Program-made: the position numbers and the translations under genes
In this document: one piece after another, positions 31,778 to 41,863 of the stretch
Layout of the letters: every line of letters starts with the position of its first letter
How positions within the stretch are numbered: position 1 is the stretch's first letter
Assembly (NCBI GenBank): GCA_016208765.1
Contig: JACQXK010000004.1
Span: forward strand, 84,243 to 148,242
Direction of reading: 5' to 3'
Origin: Candidatus Omnitrophota bacterium
Lineage (GTDB): Bacteria > Omnitrophota > Gorgyraeia > Gygaellales > Profunditerraquicolaceae
Length of the DNA: 64,000 nucleotides
The notes under the pieces: generated by a model
What the model saw: the letters and a program-made list of their open reading frames with translations, nothing else
Database searches by the model: none
Told to the model about the DNA's origin: nothing

Positions 31778-32824
31778 TTAAAGAGCTCTGCAGGATTCTC
31801 TGATGACAAGTTCTGTGGGCAAAAATACTTTTCTAAATTGAGCAGTTTTTGAAGAAACAACTTCTTGTGTGCCTTTTTTCATATTCATTAGGCGTTCCAG
31901 TTCCTTGACCCCCTCTTCTGCCATTTTAATAAGAGGCTGCCTGACAGTAGTTAAAGAAACCGGCCCATACAGCCCTGAGGGATTATCGTCAAAACCGACA
32001 ATAGATAAATCGCCCGGAATGTTTTTCCCCATTTCCCTTGCCACGGCCATTACTTCAAGGGCCATGGAATCAGACGCCACAAATACCGCGGTCGGCGCCT
32101 CCTGCATGCGAAATAAATTCTCTACGGCAACCCTTGCCTGTCCGCGCGAATAATCTGTTTTGAAAATGTATTTTTGGTCCACTTCAATGTTATTCTTCTT
32201 TAAACCCTGCTTATAACCCTCAAGCCTGTGGGCTGCTGCCTGCGTTACAACATCTCCGGCAATGTGCGCGATCTTTCTGTGCCCCATGCTAAACAAATAA
32301 TTAACCGCGTTTTCAGCTCCGCCAATATTGTCAACAGCAACACAGCTGACGTTTAAATCTTCAACATAATAATTGATCACTACAGTAGGAATATTATTAA
32401 CAAGCGCTTCTTCAAGCTGATGGCGGTTGCCGATTATATCTGCAAAAATTATTCCTCCGACTCCTCTTAAATTAAGCGAAGAACGCACATCGGTTAAATG
32501 CAGCAGCAAGTCCAATTTAAAAACATCGCAAAGCGTGCCGATACCCCGGATCAATTCCAATGCGTAGAAAGAATAAAATACCCCCTCGTAGCGGGGGATC
32601 ACCAATGCCACAATATTGCTTTTTCCGGTGGCAAGCCTCTGGGCAAAAATAGAAGGCTGAAAATTAAGTTCTTTAATAACCTCCAATACTCTTAGTTTAT
32701 TTCTTTCTTTAACGGTAGGTATTTTATTAATTACCCTTGAAACCGTGGTAATAGACACACCTGCTCGGCGGGCAACATCTTCTATTGAAATATTTGCTGG
32801 AGTATTTTTTCTTGTGCGGGTCAT
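31778..32824 (-). CDS. LacI family transcriptional regulator
   Basis: SIEDVARRAGVSITTVSRVIN, IVGFDD and LTTVRQP. Confidence 0.95.
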   Translation of the reverse strand: MTRTRKNTPANISIEDVARRAGVSITTVSRVINKIPTVKERNKLRVLEVIKELNFQPSIFAQRLATGKSNIVALVIPRYEGVFYSFYALELIRGIGTLCDVFKLDLLLHLTDVRSSLNLRGVGGIIFADIIGNRHQLEEALVNNIPTVVINYYVEDLNVSCVAVDNIGGAENAVNYLFSMGHRKIAHIAGDVVTQAAAHRLEGYKQGLKKNNIEVDQKYIFKTDYSRGQARVAVENLFRMQEAPTAVFVASDSMALEVMAVAREMGKNIPGDLSIVGFDDNPSGLYGPVSLTTVRQPLIKMAEEGVKELERLMNMKKGTQEVVSSKTAQFRKVFLPTELVIRESCRAL

Positions 32825-32837
32825 TTATTCCAAAAAG

Positions 32838-33527
32838 TTACCTGACTAAATCACCGATTTTAACCGGCACATTCTCTTTCTTGATATCACAGGCAGAAAT
32901 ATTGCTGCGTACCTGAATAACCTGCAGCAGAGCAATAGACTGGTTGCCCCTGTAAACGTGTAAGCTATCTCCCTGCTTAACACCGGCGTTATTTCCTAAA
33001 TCAATAATCAAGAAATTGCTCTCCCTGTTGATTGCCACAACTTTACCTTGCCCCGTGCTGTCAGGAGCAATAGAGGTTGTTGACTGCGGCCGCACCACTA
33101 TCGCCGGCAGCTGCACAGCAGGTTCCTTTTGTCCCGAAGCCGGCTGTTCTGTGCCTTCTAAATCAGCTGTATTTTCTTTTGTTTGCCGCACAGAACTAAG
33201 CTGGTCTCTCAATTTATCCACATAATTAAGCTTATCTGATAGCATTGTTTCCATTTCATCCATGCGCCGCTGCAACACGTCTTTTTCTTCCTGGGTTTGC
33301 TGCAGCTTTTTCTCTAAATCAAATTTACGGTTATTCAGATTCTTTAGTTGGCGGCTCAATAAAGCATTTTCACCCCTTAAGGATTTTAGATTATCAACTA
33401 TCTGGGATTTATCATTCTTTTCTCTTACCAGATCCTGGGCAATGCTATCCATAACCTTCTGATTATAATCCAACTGCTGCTTCATATCCTCTTTTTCCCG
33501 CTTTAAGGCGCTTAGGTCAATTTCCAA
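32838..33527 (-). CDS. Coiled-coil protein with C-terminal beta domain (probably the distal half of a split gene)
   Basis: Heptad-rich, with C-terminal GKVVAINRESNFLIIDLG..GVKQGD. Overlaps the upstream ORF. Confidence 0.6.
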   Translation of the reverse strand: MEIDLSALKREKEDMKQQLDYNQKVMDSIAQDLVREKNDKSQIVDNLKSLRGENALLSRQLKNLNNRKFDLEKKLQQTQEEKDVLQRRMDEMETMLSDKLNYVDKLRDQLSSVRQTKENTADLEGTEQPASGQKEPAVQLPAIVVRPQSTTSIAPDSTGQGKVVAINRESNFLIIDLGNNAGVKQGDSLHVYRGNQSIALLQVIQVRSNISACDIKKENVPVKIGDLVR

Positions 33528-33898
33528 GGAATCTTTATCTTTTGCTGCTGCGCTGCCTGTGGTTTTTGCTCTTCTTGCAACTGGGTTTTTGCCTGGTTTA
33601 ATTTTTCAATCAGCTCATCTTTTGCCTTACTAAGCAGATCATATCTTCTCTGAAGCTCTATTTTATCCTGACTTACTGTATCAATCTCGCGGCTAAACTG
33701 ATTGACCTTGTTTTCCAGGCTACGCAGGCTTGCTGCATCACTTTCCGTCTTTAACTTAAGCGCTGAGTTTTCCTTTTTAAGGTCATCATTTAAGCGCGCC
33801 AAATTTTCTTTGACACCGGATGTTTGGGCAAGAAGAATCAAAAAAATCAGGGTTAAAACTGCAAGTCCAATGATAATAAATTTTGACTTTTTGTCCAT
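33512..33898 (-). CDS. Membrane-anchored coiled-coil protein (probably the proximal half of a split gene)
   Basis: N-terminal TM helix followed by coiled coil. GGAGG RBS. Confidence 0.6.
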   Translation of the reverse strand: MDKKSKFIIIGLAVLTLIFLILLAQTSGVKENLARLNDDLKKENSALKLKTESDAASLRSLENKVNQFSREIDTVSQDKIELQRRYDLLSKAKDELIEKLNQAKTQLQEEQKPQAAQQQKIKIPWKLT

Positions 33899-33924
33899 CA
33901 AGCCTCCTATTACCTATAATTAGC

Positions 33925-35160
33925 CTACCAAAGCTGGGCAAACATTTTCTGCATCACCAAACTTGCCGCGCCCAAAGCCACTGCATTCTCCCGCAAATTA
34001 GAATAAACAATCCTTAAATCATCGGTTACTTCTCTAAATGACCACTCTTTTACAGTTTCTCCCACTTTGTGCAAAAACGAGTCTCCTGCTTCTTCAAATC
34101 CTCCGCCAATCACTACTGCCTGCGGATTCAACAAGTTAACTAAGAAAGAAATTTTTATTCCCAGCCGCTTGGCAGCACTCTCAAGCGCAATATTGGCAAC
34201 TTCATCCCCTGAACGGGCAGCGATAAAAACGCTCTTTAAGTCAATATTATTTATATTACTGGAGGTAGTCTTAAAAAATTTATCCGCCTTAAGTTTATCT
34301 TTAGAAAGCATTGCCCTGACATCTTCCACAATCCCGATATCTAATTCCCAGCGTTTCAGAAAACAGGTATTTCCGGCGTTACAATTAAAATCATCCTGCT
34401 CTTTGTAATTATAAATAGACACCTCTCCGGCATACCCCTGGGCGCCCCGATACGCCTCGCCATTAATAATTATGCCGCAGCCTACCCCGGAAAACATATA
34501 GATCAGGTTTTTAAAATTTTGATCAAGCCCAAGCCAATACTCGCCGAAACAAGCGCTGGTGGCGTCATTCTCAATCAGGGCCGGGATGTTAAACTCTTTT
34601 TCAATTAAAGATTTTAAAGGCAAATCCACCGACGCATAAGTGTAATAGTGATCCATCTTCTGCGGCCAATGAATTGAACCGTCTGTTTTGTTAATTAAAC
34701 CCGCCATTCCCACGCCGATACCCTTTATATTAGAACTTTGCTCTTTGGACCTGCGCAGGATCTCGCGGATAATGTCAAAGAGGCATTCAGAAATTTCTTT
34801 AACTGAAGCGCGAGGCCGGGCAACTTGTGTCTTTGTAATAATATTGCCTTTAAGATCCAGCAAAAGCCCAACCATGCTCATCAGGTTAAGCCCTACCCCA
34901 ATCACATACCCTGCCTGCGGGTTCAAATCCAAAAGAACAGGCCTTCTTCCGCCTTCAGAAACATCTAACTCTTTCTCGTATACCAAATTGCGCTTGATGA
35001 ATTCGTCAACATAATTGGAAATGGTTACAACATTAATGCCCATTTCTTTAGAAATATCCGGCCTGCTGATAGGGCCGCGCCTGCGCAAGATCTCAAGTAT
35101 GTCAATATTGCGTCTTTCTTTTTCGCTTAAGTCTTCTTTCCAGAAATCTAAAGTCCGCAT
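33925..35160 (-). CDS. ROK family transcriptional regulator
   Basis: N-terminal winged helix with GGRRP, plus ENDA, GVGCGIIING and AGEV. Confidence 0.92.
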   Translation of the reverse strand: MRTLDFWKEDLSEKERRNIDILEILRRRGPISRPDISKEMGINVVTISNYVDEFIKRNLVYEKELDVSEGGRRPVLLDLNPQAGYVIGVGLNLMSMVGLLLDLKGNIITKTQVARPRASVKEISECLFDIIREILRRSKEQSSNIKGIGVGMAGLINKTDGSIHWPQKMDHYYTYASVDLPLKSLIEKEFNIPALIENDATSACFGEYWLGLDQNFKNLIYMFSGVGCGIIINGEAYRGAQGYAGEVSIYNYKEQDDFNCNAGNTCFLKRWELDIGIVEDVRAMLSKDKLKADKFFKTTSSNINNIDLKSVFIAARSGDEVANIALESAAKRLGIKISFLVNLLNPQAVVIGGGFEEAGDSFLHKVGETVKEWSFREVTDDLRIVYSNLRENAVALGAASLVMQKMFAQLW

Positions 35161-35203
35161 TTAAACATTATACTTTCTCCGTGGCTTTTAGAGAATTTTT
35201 ATT

Positions 35204-35238
35204 ACTTTATTTATACTACTAAAGAAAATATAAGTCAA
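35204..35238 (-). promoter_or_regulatory. Sigma-70 promoter overlapped by a candidate ROK operator
   Basis: TTGACT-N17-TATAAA, with imperfect palindrome TTTCTTTA-N6-TAAATAAA across the -10 element. Confidence 0.5.
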
Positions 35239-35257
35239 GTAATTTTAACAAATTAGG

Positions 35258-36886
35258 TTAATTTATGTCCTCTAAAGTGAAGCTGCGCTCCACAATTCCA
35301 TTAGGGCTGACTACAACTAAATTAATCTCTTTTGTCCCTGAATGGATATAAGAGGTGTCAAATGATGCGGAATCATTTGCTAAAGAAGGGGTTTTGCCGG
35401 TGTGCCCGGACCAAAGGTATTGCAGTTCTACCTGCATACAACCGGAGGGTGAAGCATAAGCCAAAGACTCAACTGCAACTGCTTCATCTTTTTTAGCTTT
35501 TGCGGGGAGTGATTTTAACTCAACCTTACTCATATCAAGATTAGCATACTCATCTTTAAAAGAAACGTCCAGAAAGGTCTTAAGACTATATTCTATAGGC
35601 AAATCTTTTTCTAATTCTTTAAGCCTCTCATTTGCAAGTTTCTGTGTTTCAACAAACGACCCTGAAGCCTTGTTTAATAATTTATCGTAATACTCTTTTG
35701 CTTTTTCTTTGTTGCCTTCCCATTGCGCCAACAAACCCAATTGATATAAACCGGAGATTGTTTGCGCGCTAACCGCAGGAGATTCTTTCTGCGCTAATTT
35801 CTCAAAAAGCTCGCGGGCGCCCTTTAAATCCCTTAATGCATAAGCGTCAAAGTATGCGGCCTTAAAGAGTGCCTCGTCTGAATAAACGCTTTCAGGAAAA
35901 CGCAAAAGCTCAAGATAAGCATCTTTAGACAAAACATAGTCTTTCGCCTTCTCAAGATTATAAGCCCTTAAATACAACAGCTGCTCATCAAAAGTCGCTT
36001 TACCGCCGAGGCCTTCTATCTGCTTGAATATCTTTTCAGTATACACAGGGTCGGATAATGAGCCGTCTTTATATGAAAACAGCTTTGCCGTTTCAATCAA
36101 AACAGGGATTGTTTTTTCTTTCGGCGCTCCTCTTTCAATCAGGCGCTTTATATAAATATCGTAAACACTTTCTGACAATTCAAGATTACCGTCCTTATAA
36201 AAACTTTTTGCGCTGGACAACAAATCTTCGTCTTTGGCATTGCCCGCTAAAAGTAAACCGGAGTAAAGCCTGTAAAGCTCTTTTGCCTTTAATTTTTCGC
36301 CGTAAGCCTGCAATTGATCTGCGACATTTTTTATAGCGGGTGCGTTATTGATATTTTCTGAACTGGCCGTTGCCTGAGACATCAAATCATCAAGGCTTGC
36401 TTCGTGCAAATTATCCTGCTGGTCGCGGTGAAATTTCCAGGCCACAAGTTTTGCATCAAGTAACAAAGGATCTTCCGCAGTCAAAGCAGAAATGCTTTTT
36501 TGCACTGATTCAACAATTTGTGCCCTGTAATCGTTTCCTTTATTAAAATATTCGTCCCAGCTTTGAGTTTCTTCAAGATGCCTCAACTGGTTATAGCGCG
36601 AGAGAGCAATATAAAAGTTTGCCTGCCCGGTAAACTCTTTTTTCTGGTTAATTATTGAATTTAATAGATCAACAAATTCATTGTATTTGTTCTCTTTAAA
36701 AAATGAATCCGACGCCTCTTCAAATTTAACAGCTGCCTCTTCACTGCTTTTTGCCTGCATAATTTCTTTAGAAAAACGAGCCGCTAATAAATCATCCGCC
36801 CCGTAAACCAGGCCTGCGCCATAAACAAAACAAAAAACCAGAAACAAAACCCGGCTAACCGTTAAAATTTGTTTTTTCATAATCAT
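35258..36886 (-). CDS. Exported TPR-like protein with a C-terminal PKD/Ig-like domain
   Basis: Signal peptide, helical TPR-like repeats and a beta-rich C-terminus. Confidence 0.65.
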   Translation of the reverse strand: MIMKKQILTVSRVLFLVFCFVYGAGLVYGADDLLAARFSKEIMQAKSSEEAAVKFEEASDSFFKENKYNEFVDLLNSIINQKKEFTGQANFYIALSRYNQLRHLEETQSWDEYFNKGNDYRAQIVESVQKSISALTAEDPLLLDAKLVAWKFHRDQQDNLHEASLDDLMSQATASSENINNAPAIKNVADQLQAYGEKLKAKELYRLYSGLLLAGNAKDEDLLSSAKSFYKDGNLELSESVYDIYIKRLIERGAPKEKTIPVLIETAKLFSYKDGSLSDPVYTEKIFKQIEGLGGKATFDEQLLYLRAYNLEKAKDYVLSKDAYLELLRFPESVYSDEALFKAAYFDAYALRDLKGARELFEKLAQKESPAVSAQTISGLYQLGLLAQWEGNKEKAKEYYDKLLNKASGSFVETQKLANERLKELEKDLPIEYSLKTFLDVSFKDEYANLDMSKVELKSLPAKAKKDEAVAVESLAYASPSGCMQVELQYLWSGHTGKTPSLANDSASFDTSYIHSGTKEINLVVVSPNGIVERSFTLEDIN

Positions 36887-36890
36887 TCTC

Positions 36891-38141
36891 TTATTCTTTA
36901 GAAATTAAAGGGGTTTTTTTGCCCTTAACTTTTTTAGGAGGGTTCTTCCAGAATTCACGCACTACATAATAAGCCTTGCGCGGAATACGCTTATTCAAAC
37001 CATCCTGCATCTCTTCTGACAAAGCCACAATCCCAAACCACTCTTCGTTCATATTCTTGTTATTTTCAGCTTTAATATCAAAATAATAACTGCCGTTGGA
37101 CCAGTTTGATCCGGTATCATGGATCTTCCATGTATCGGGGCTTGATTCATTATGCTTCCACCACTCATCACTCCATTCAAAGATAGTCCCTCCGAGGCAA
37201 TTTCCCTCGCCTTCTTTATTATTTGCCAGATTATCGTAGATCTGGCGCCACTGAGATTCCAGAAAGAATGCCTGCATGTTTTGATTCTCGCTCTTTTGAT
37301 AAGCATCATAACAATCCGCGCCAAATTCTGCCAGAAGCACCGGTTTGTCAAAAGTCATTTTTAAGGACTTAAAAAGATTGCCAAAAGTTTTTCCACGGTA
37401 AATAATACAGGCAACCAAATCCACATCCGGGCAATATTCTTTTGCATACTCCAGGCCGATCAGCTCCCCGTTACCCAGAGCTACCGGATGCTGCGTGTCA
37501 ATTTTATGGATTTCATTTGCTATTGAATTTACAAAAGAATAATAAACTTTATAACGCATGGCCTTTTGTTTCTGCGGGTCAGGTTCCTTGTCAATCTCGT
37601 CGGTTGACCAACGGTTGATCTGGCCAAAGCAGGAATAGTTATTTTCATTGCCGAGGATCCACATTAAAATACCAGGCTCATCCTTATATAAATTCACCAT
37701 CTCAAGGACTTCTTTGCGGATCTTCTCTTCAAAATTTTTATCTCCATACAACGGGCAAGGATATTCCCAAAACCCCAGCCAATGCCCAAGAATAGTGCGA
37801 ATTCCGAATTTATCATATAAATCACGAATTACTTCTTTAACTTTCTGCGGATCATCGCCGGCTTGATATATCCTGACAGTATTAACCCCCATCTCCTGCA
37901 TTAGTTTTCCATCAACAAGCCAGGGCTTATTTGGATCTGACCACCAGTCATAATCATGGCTCTGCCCAATAGGCACAGGATTATAGCAAACACCCTTTAC
38001 AACATAAGGCTTGTTGTTAACCATTAACTGGTAATGATTATTTTTTAATTTTTTAATAAAGACTTTGGGCAGGGGCCGGCTGGACATGCCGGTGAATAAA
38101 AAAATACAGCTGATTAAAAGAATTAAATAATTTTTTTTCAT
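36891..38141 (-). CDS. Exported clan GH-A (GH2-like TIM barrel) glycoside hydrolase
   Basis: KGVCY, MGVNTVRIY, LGNENNY (acid/base), AEFG (nucleophile) and FEWSDEWWK. True start is ATG 38141; the ORF-track start lies inside the REP element. Confidence 0.82.
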   Translation of the reverse strand: MKKNYLILLISCIFLFTGMSSRPLPKVFIKKLKNNHYQLMVNNKPYVVKGVCYNPVPIGQSHDYDWWSDPNKPWLVDGKLMQEMGVNTVRIYQAGDDPQKVKEVIRDLYDKFGIRTILGHWLGFWEYPCPLYGDKNFEEKIRKEVLEMVNLYKDEPGILMWILGNENNYSCFGQINRWSTDEIDKEPDPQKQKAMRYKVYYSFVNSIANEIHKIDTQHPVALGNGELIGLEYAKEYCPDVDLVACIIYRGKTFGNLFKSLKMTFDKPVLLAEFGADCYDAYQKSENQNMQAFFLESQWRQIYDNLANNKEGEGNCLGGTIFEWSDEWWKHNESSPDTWKIHDTGSNWSNGSYYFDIKAENNKNMNEEWFGIVALSEEMQDGLNKRIPRKAYYVVREFWKNPPKKVKGKKTPLISKE

Positions 38142-38148
38142 TGAATAG

Positions 38149-38223
38149 TAGGGACGGTTCTGAAACACGGTTAAATCTGTCCCCTTGGGGGACACTTTCA
38201 AGCGCAAATCAGAACCGTCCCTA
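38149..38223. mobile_element. Non-autonomous REPIN/MITE made of the two RAYT ends joined together
   Basis: TAGGGACGGTTCTGAAACACGGTTAAA..TGTCCCC-TT-GGGGGACACTTT..AAGCGCAA..TCAGAACCGTCCCTA matches 27384-27420 plus 27963-27998. Confidence 0.88.
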
Positions 38224-38233
38224 GCATATAATT

Positions 38234-39421
38234 TTATTCGTACTTTATTTCGTCCAAATAGAAGGTCATTCCATCCGGATTATTATCTACATTTGCCGCC
38301 CAGCAGAAACCACCAAAAATATAGGACATATCTTTGCCCTTTAAATCAATGGTATACTGGGTCCATTCTTTATTCAAGATCACCGGGCCGATTACAGCGC
38401 TGTCTGAATCAGAATATTCATTCATGATCCCGCCGACTTTAAACTCTTCTATTCTCTCCCCGCCCTTTGCGCCCTTTGCCCAGAAGGTGAGTTTTGTTGC
38501 TTTTGAGAGATCAAAGCCGCCGTCAATCGCTCCCCAGTTATTTGCAGGGTTCTGCCAATAAATACCCGCCCAACGCGCACCTTGCGCACCTTGGCCGTTA
38601 TACGTGATCTTAATACAGGTGTCTCCTAAATAAGGATCATCCTTTGAAGCTCCGTCATACTTTAGATCTCCGTAATCACCCATCCAACCCGAAGGAATAA
38701 AGTGATTGCTGGAAGATGACCTGTCCGCATAAACATAAAACGGCATTGCTTCCTGTTTCTTTGATTCCGGTTTTATTGCCGGATCAGCTTCAAATTTCAC
38801 ATCATCAATATAAAAAGTTGCGCCTTCAGGATTTAGATCCGCAGTAGTAACCCAACCAAAACCGCCGCTGATATAACTCAAATCCTTGCCTGCCAAATTA
38901 ATGGTGTATTGTTTCCATGCATCAGTAAGCTCAACCGGGCCCATTTCAATAACAGCAGAATCAGGGTATGTGCCCTTGATACCGCCAACAGTAAATTTCT
39001 GGATCACTTCCCCGCCTTTTGCTCCGCGCGCCCAAAAAGTTAATTTGGTCATACCGGTAAGGTCAAACCCGCCCTTTTTGCTTCCCCAGTTATTTGCAGG
39101 ATTCTGCCAATACACGCCAGCCCAACCCTGATTTTGCGACTTTTTTGCGGTATAAACAAATTGCAAACAAGTTGAACCGGAATGCGGATTATCAGTGCTC
39201 TGGTCGTTAAGTTTTACATCGCCGTAATCACCCATCCAACCCGAAGGAATATAGTGATTTTCTTTTTTGCCCTTGTCAGAATAAACTACAAATTCTTTTG
39301 GGCAAGAAGCATCAGCCTTTACAGCCTCTTCTTTCACCGGCTCAACAGCCGCATCTTCTGCCTGCGCGCAAAACGGCATCAACAACACCAATGCCGCTAA
39401 AATTGCTAATTTCTTTTTCAT
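38234..39421 (-). CDS. Exported protein with two tandem carbohydrate-binding-like (beta-sandwich) domains
   Basis: Internal duplication of PSGWMGDYGD..WAGxYWQNPANNWG..LTFWAxGAKGGE..FYxD. Confidence 0.75.
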   Translation of the reverse strand: MKKKLAILAALVLLMPFCAQAEDAAVEPVKEEAVKADASCPKEFVVYSDKGKKENHYIPSGWMGDYGDVKLNDQSTDNPHSGSTCLQFVYTAKKSQNQGWAGVYWQNPANNWGSKKGGFDLTGMTKLTFWARGAKGGEVIQKFTVGGIKGTYPDSAVIEMGPVELTDAWKQYTINLAGKDLSYISGGFGWVTTADLNPEGATFYIDDVKFEADPAIKPESKKQEAMPFYVYADRSSSSNHFIPSGWMGDYGDLKYDGASKDDPYLGDTCIKITYNGQGAQGARWAGIYWQNPANNWGAIDGGFDLSKATKLTFWAKGAKGGERIEEFKVGGIMNEYSDSDSAVIGPVILNKEWTQYTIDLKGKDMSYIFGGFCWAANVDNNPDGMTFYLDEIKYE

Positions 39422-39526
39422 TTCTACGCCTCCGTTTTTATAAATTTAGTTTTGCTGCTTTTAAAACTTTCCAAGTCCAGTCAAGATGCTGTTTTGTTTC
39501 CTCCTTTCTAAAATAAAATTTTACCC

Positions 39527-41863
39527 TTACTTCCACATTCGTTTATATTCAAAATAAGCCTTGCGTAACTGCCTTAAAAACGGGCTAAGCTTTCCATCAC
39601 CCTGGCCGGAAACACCAAGCCATTCTTCGTGCATGTATCCGTCGGGAAACGGCCCCACCCACAGCCCCTTTGTATCATGACGGCCGGGTTCGTAGCCTTT
39701 CCACCATTCATCAAGCCACTCAAAAACAAAACCACCAAGCGCATTACCTGCACCACCGGCAAACGCCATATTATTCTCAATATCCTCCCAGGAACCCCGA
39801 TGATATGAAGCCTGCAAAGCCTCTGCCTCATCGGCAATTTTTCCTTCGGCATAAGCAGGACAACCAAACTCTGTAATCATGGCCGGCCTGCCGATATATT
39901 CTTTTACCTGCTGCCACAATGAACCGAAGCCATAATCTCCTCGGTAGGCGTTTGTCCCAAATATGTCAATATCAGGAGCGAACTTACCGAATTTATCCAT
40001 AAATAAAATATCGCCGCTACAAATAGCCACAGGATGCTCCGGGTCAAGCGCCTTTATTGTCTGTGCTACTTCATTGGCAAATTTAAAAAAAGCTTCAGGG
40101 TCCTTATCAGCATTACAGGCATACCCGTAAACATTTTCATTCCCCAAGAGCCAGAATAAAATATACGGCTCATCTTTAAATTCCATCACCATGTTTGTGA
40201 CCGACTCAACCATTTTCTTTTTATGCTCTTCATTGTTATAGTCGGTGCCGGGATTCCAGGGGGCGCCTGAGCCAATGGCATATTTACCAAGAAAATCCCC
40301 CATCACAGTCATAATCCCGTAATTTTCATAAAGGTCGCGCAGGATTTCTTTTTTTATTTTTAAAGGGTGATGATACAGCCTGATAGTATTTACTCCCATT
40401 TCCCGCATCAAAAGAAAATCCCCTACATCGGGCTCATCATTATCTTGCAGATTGTTTTTATTCCTATCCACAAAAGCATCATACGGTCCGTCGGCTTTGC
40501 CGTTATTATTAAAATCTTCTTCCATCCAGTTTCCCATAGTCCCTTCATCAGGAGACTGCCCGACTTTTGTAGGAGCATAAGTAATTCCCTTAATAATATA
40601 CGGGGCGTCATTTACTAAAAGCTGCCAGTCACCGGTTTCATATTGCGCCAAGCGCACCTTTCCTGTGCCCAAGGCTCTTTTTAAAACAGGTTTTTCTAAA
40701 GAGGTTTTTGGTTTTAATTTTTCAAAGAGCCCGATCTTTTCAAATTTACCCGGGTTAGTAATTACCACATCATTTGAAACATCGTTATCAAAACCATTAA
40801 TGATCCTTATCTGGGCATCACTAAGCTTGAACCCGAGCTTAGGATTATTGCGCAGAAGATAATTTATTTTTGCAATTGCCGCCTGCCCGACTGACCAGGG
40901 GGTATGCCAATATGTCCAGCCGTAGCTGCCCGGAAAATGCACCACAATCGCGTAATAACATTTAATCGCCTGTTTAATCAGGCCGCTTTTTTCTAAAATT
41001 AAACCGGTATAAAATAATTTTACTCCCTGCGGCTCAGGGGCTAATGCCCATTTTAAGAATGCCGCCTCTAAATCAGGCGAATGCACAAAATCCCAATGCG
41101 GGCACTCAAGCCTTTTTTCTTTTTGCGCCTTTTTAAATTCCGGGTCCCATCTTACAGAAGTGGTGTTCGGATAAACCCCCTCGCCGACTGCCTGCGCCAG
41201 GCCTTCCTGATCCTTAAGAACATATTTATAATCTTTGGTTCCCACATTCTGAAGTTCGCCGTACTTTGCATAATCAACAAAGTCTTCTTTACCGGCGTCA
41301 TATAAAACTATTTTTGTAGGGAGCTGGCTCACCTTGCAAGACGGTGTTGACCCCTGTTCTTCTGTGCCCGGACAAGGCGTAGGCAACTCTTCCTTAGGGT
41401 TGATTTTGACAATGCTTTCCCGCGAGGCCTTTGACACCGACCAAAACCATCCGCGCGGATCCCAAGCTTGAGCAAAACAAAATTTCTGTAAAACTATTTT
41501 AAATAATTTTAATGCCTGCGCAGGGTCTTTTTTAATATCCCGATACGCCTCTGCCTGAATAAAATAAGCTGTGCCCACATCATTTAATATTTGCACAGAT
41601 TCTATCTCTGCTCTTTTTTTGGGAAGCGTCTTGAGCGAAGCCTGCTGTTTTTCTGCTTCAGCAGTATAAAGATCAATGCATTGCTGGGTATATTTTATAG
41701 TAGCGTCAAAATCTTTCGCGCCTTTTGCCTGCCAGGCCTTTACGACCAGATCTCCACTGGTTGGGATTTCTTCTGCAGTCACAGCCCGCAAACCAATAGC
41801 CGCAAAGCTAAGAAATAAAAATAAAACTGCTAATTGTAATCGTTTAATTTTTGGTTTCAACAT
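39527..41863 (-). CDS. Exported TPR-like protein with a GH2-like TIM-barrel glycoside hydrolase domain
   Basis: MGVNTIRLY, LGNENVY, TEFG and FEWLDEWWK. Confidence 0.8.
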   Translation of the reverse strand: MLKPKIKRLQLAVLFLFLSFAAIGLRAVTAEEIPTSGDLVVKAWQAKGAKDFDATIKYTQQCIDLYTAEAEKQQASLKTLPKKRAEIESVQILNDVGTAYFIQAEAYRDIKKDPAQALKLFKIVLQKFCFAQAWDPRGWFWSVSKASRESIVKINPKEELPTPCPGTEEQGSTPSCKVSQLPTKIVLYDAGKEDFVDYAKYGELQNVGTKDYKYVLKDQEGLAQAVGEGVYPNTTSVRWDPEFKKAQKEKRLECPHWDFVHSPDLEAAFLKWALAPEPQGVKLFYTGLILEKSGLIKQAIKCYYAIVVHFPGSYGWTYWHTPWSVGQAAIAKINYLLRNNPKLGFKLSDAQIRIINGFDNDVSNDVVITNPGKFEKIGLFEKLKPKTSLEKPVLKRALGTGKVRLAQYETGDWQLLVNDAPYIIKGITYAPTKVGQSPDEGTMGNWMEEDFNNNGKADGPYDAFVDRNKNNLQDNDEPDVGDFLLMREMGVNTIRLYHHPLKIKKEILRDLYENYGIMTVMGDFLGKYAIGSGAPWNPGTDYNNEEHKKKMVESVTNMVMEFKDEPYILFWLLGNENVYGYACNADKDPEAFFKFANEVAQTIKALDPEHPVAICSGDILFMDKFGKFAPDIDIFGTNAYRGDYGFGSLWQQVKEYIGRPAMITEFGCPAYAEGKIADEAEALQASYHRGSWEDIENNMAFAGGAGNALGGFVFEWLDEWWKGYEPGRHDTKGLWVGPFPDGYMHEEWLGVSGQGDGKLSPFLRQLRKAYFEYKRMWK

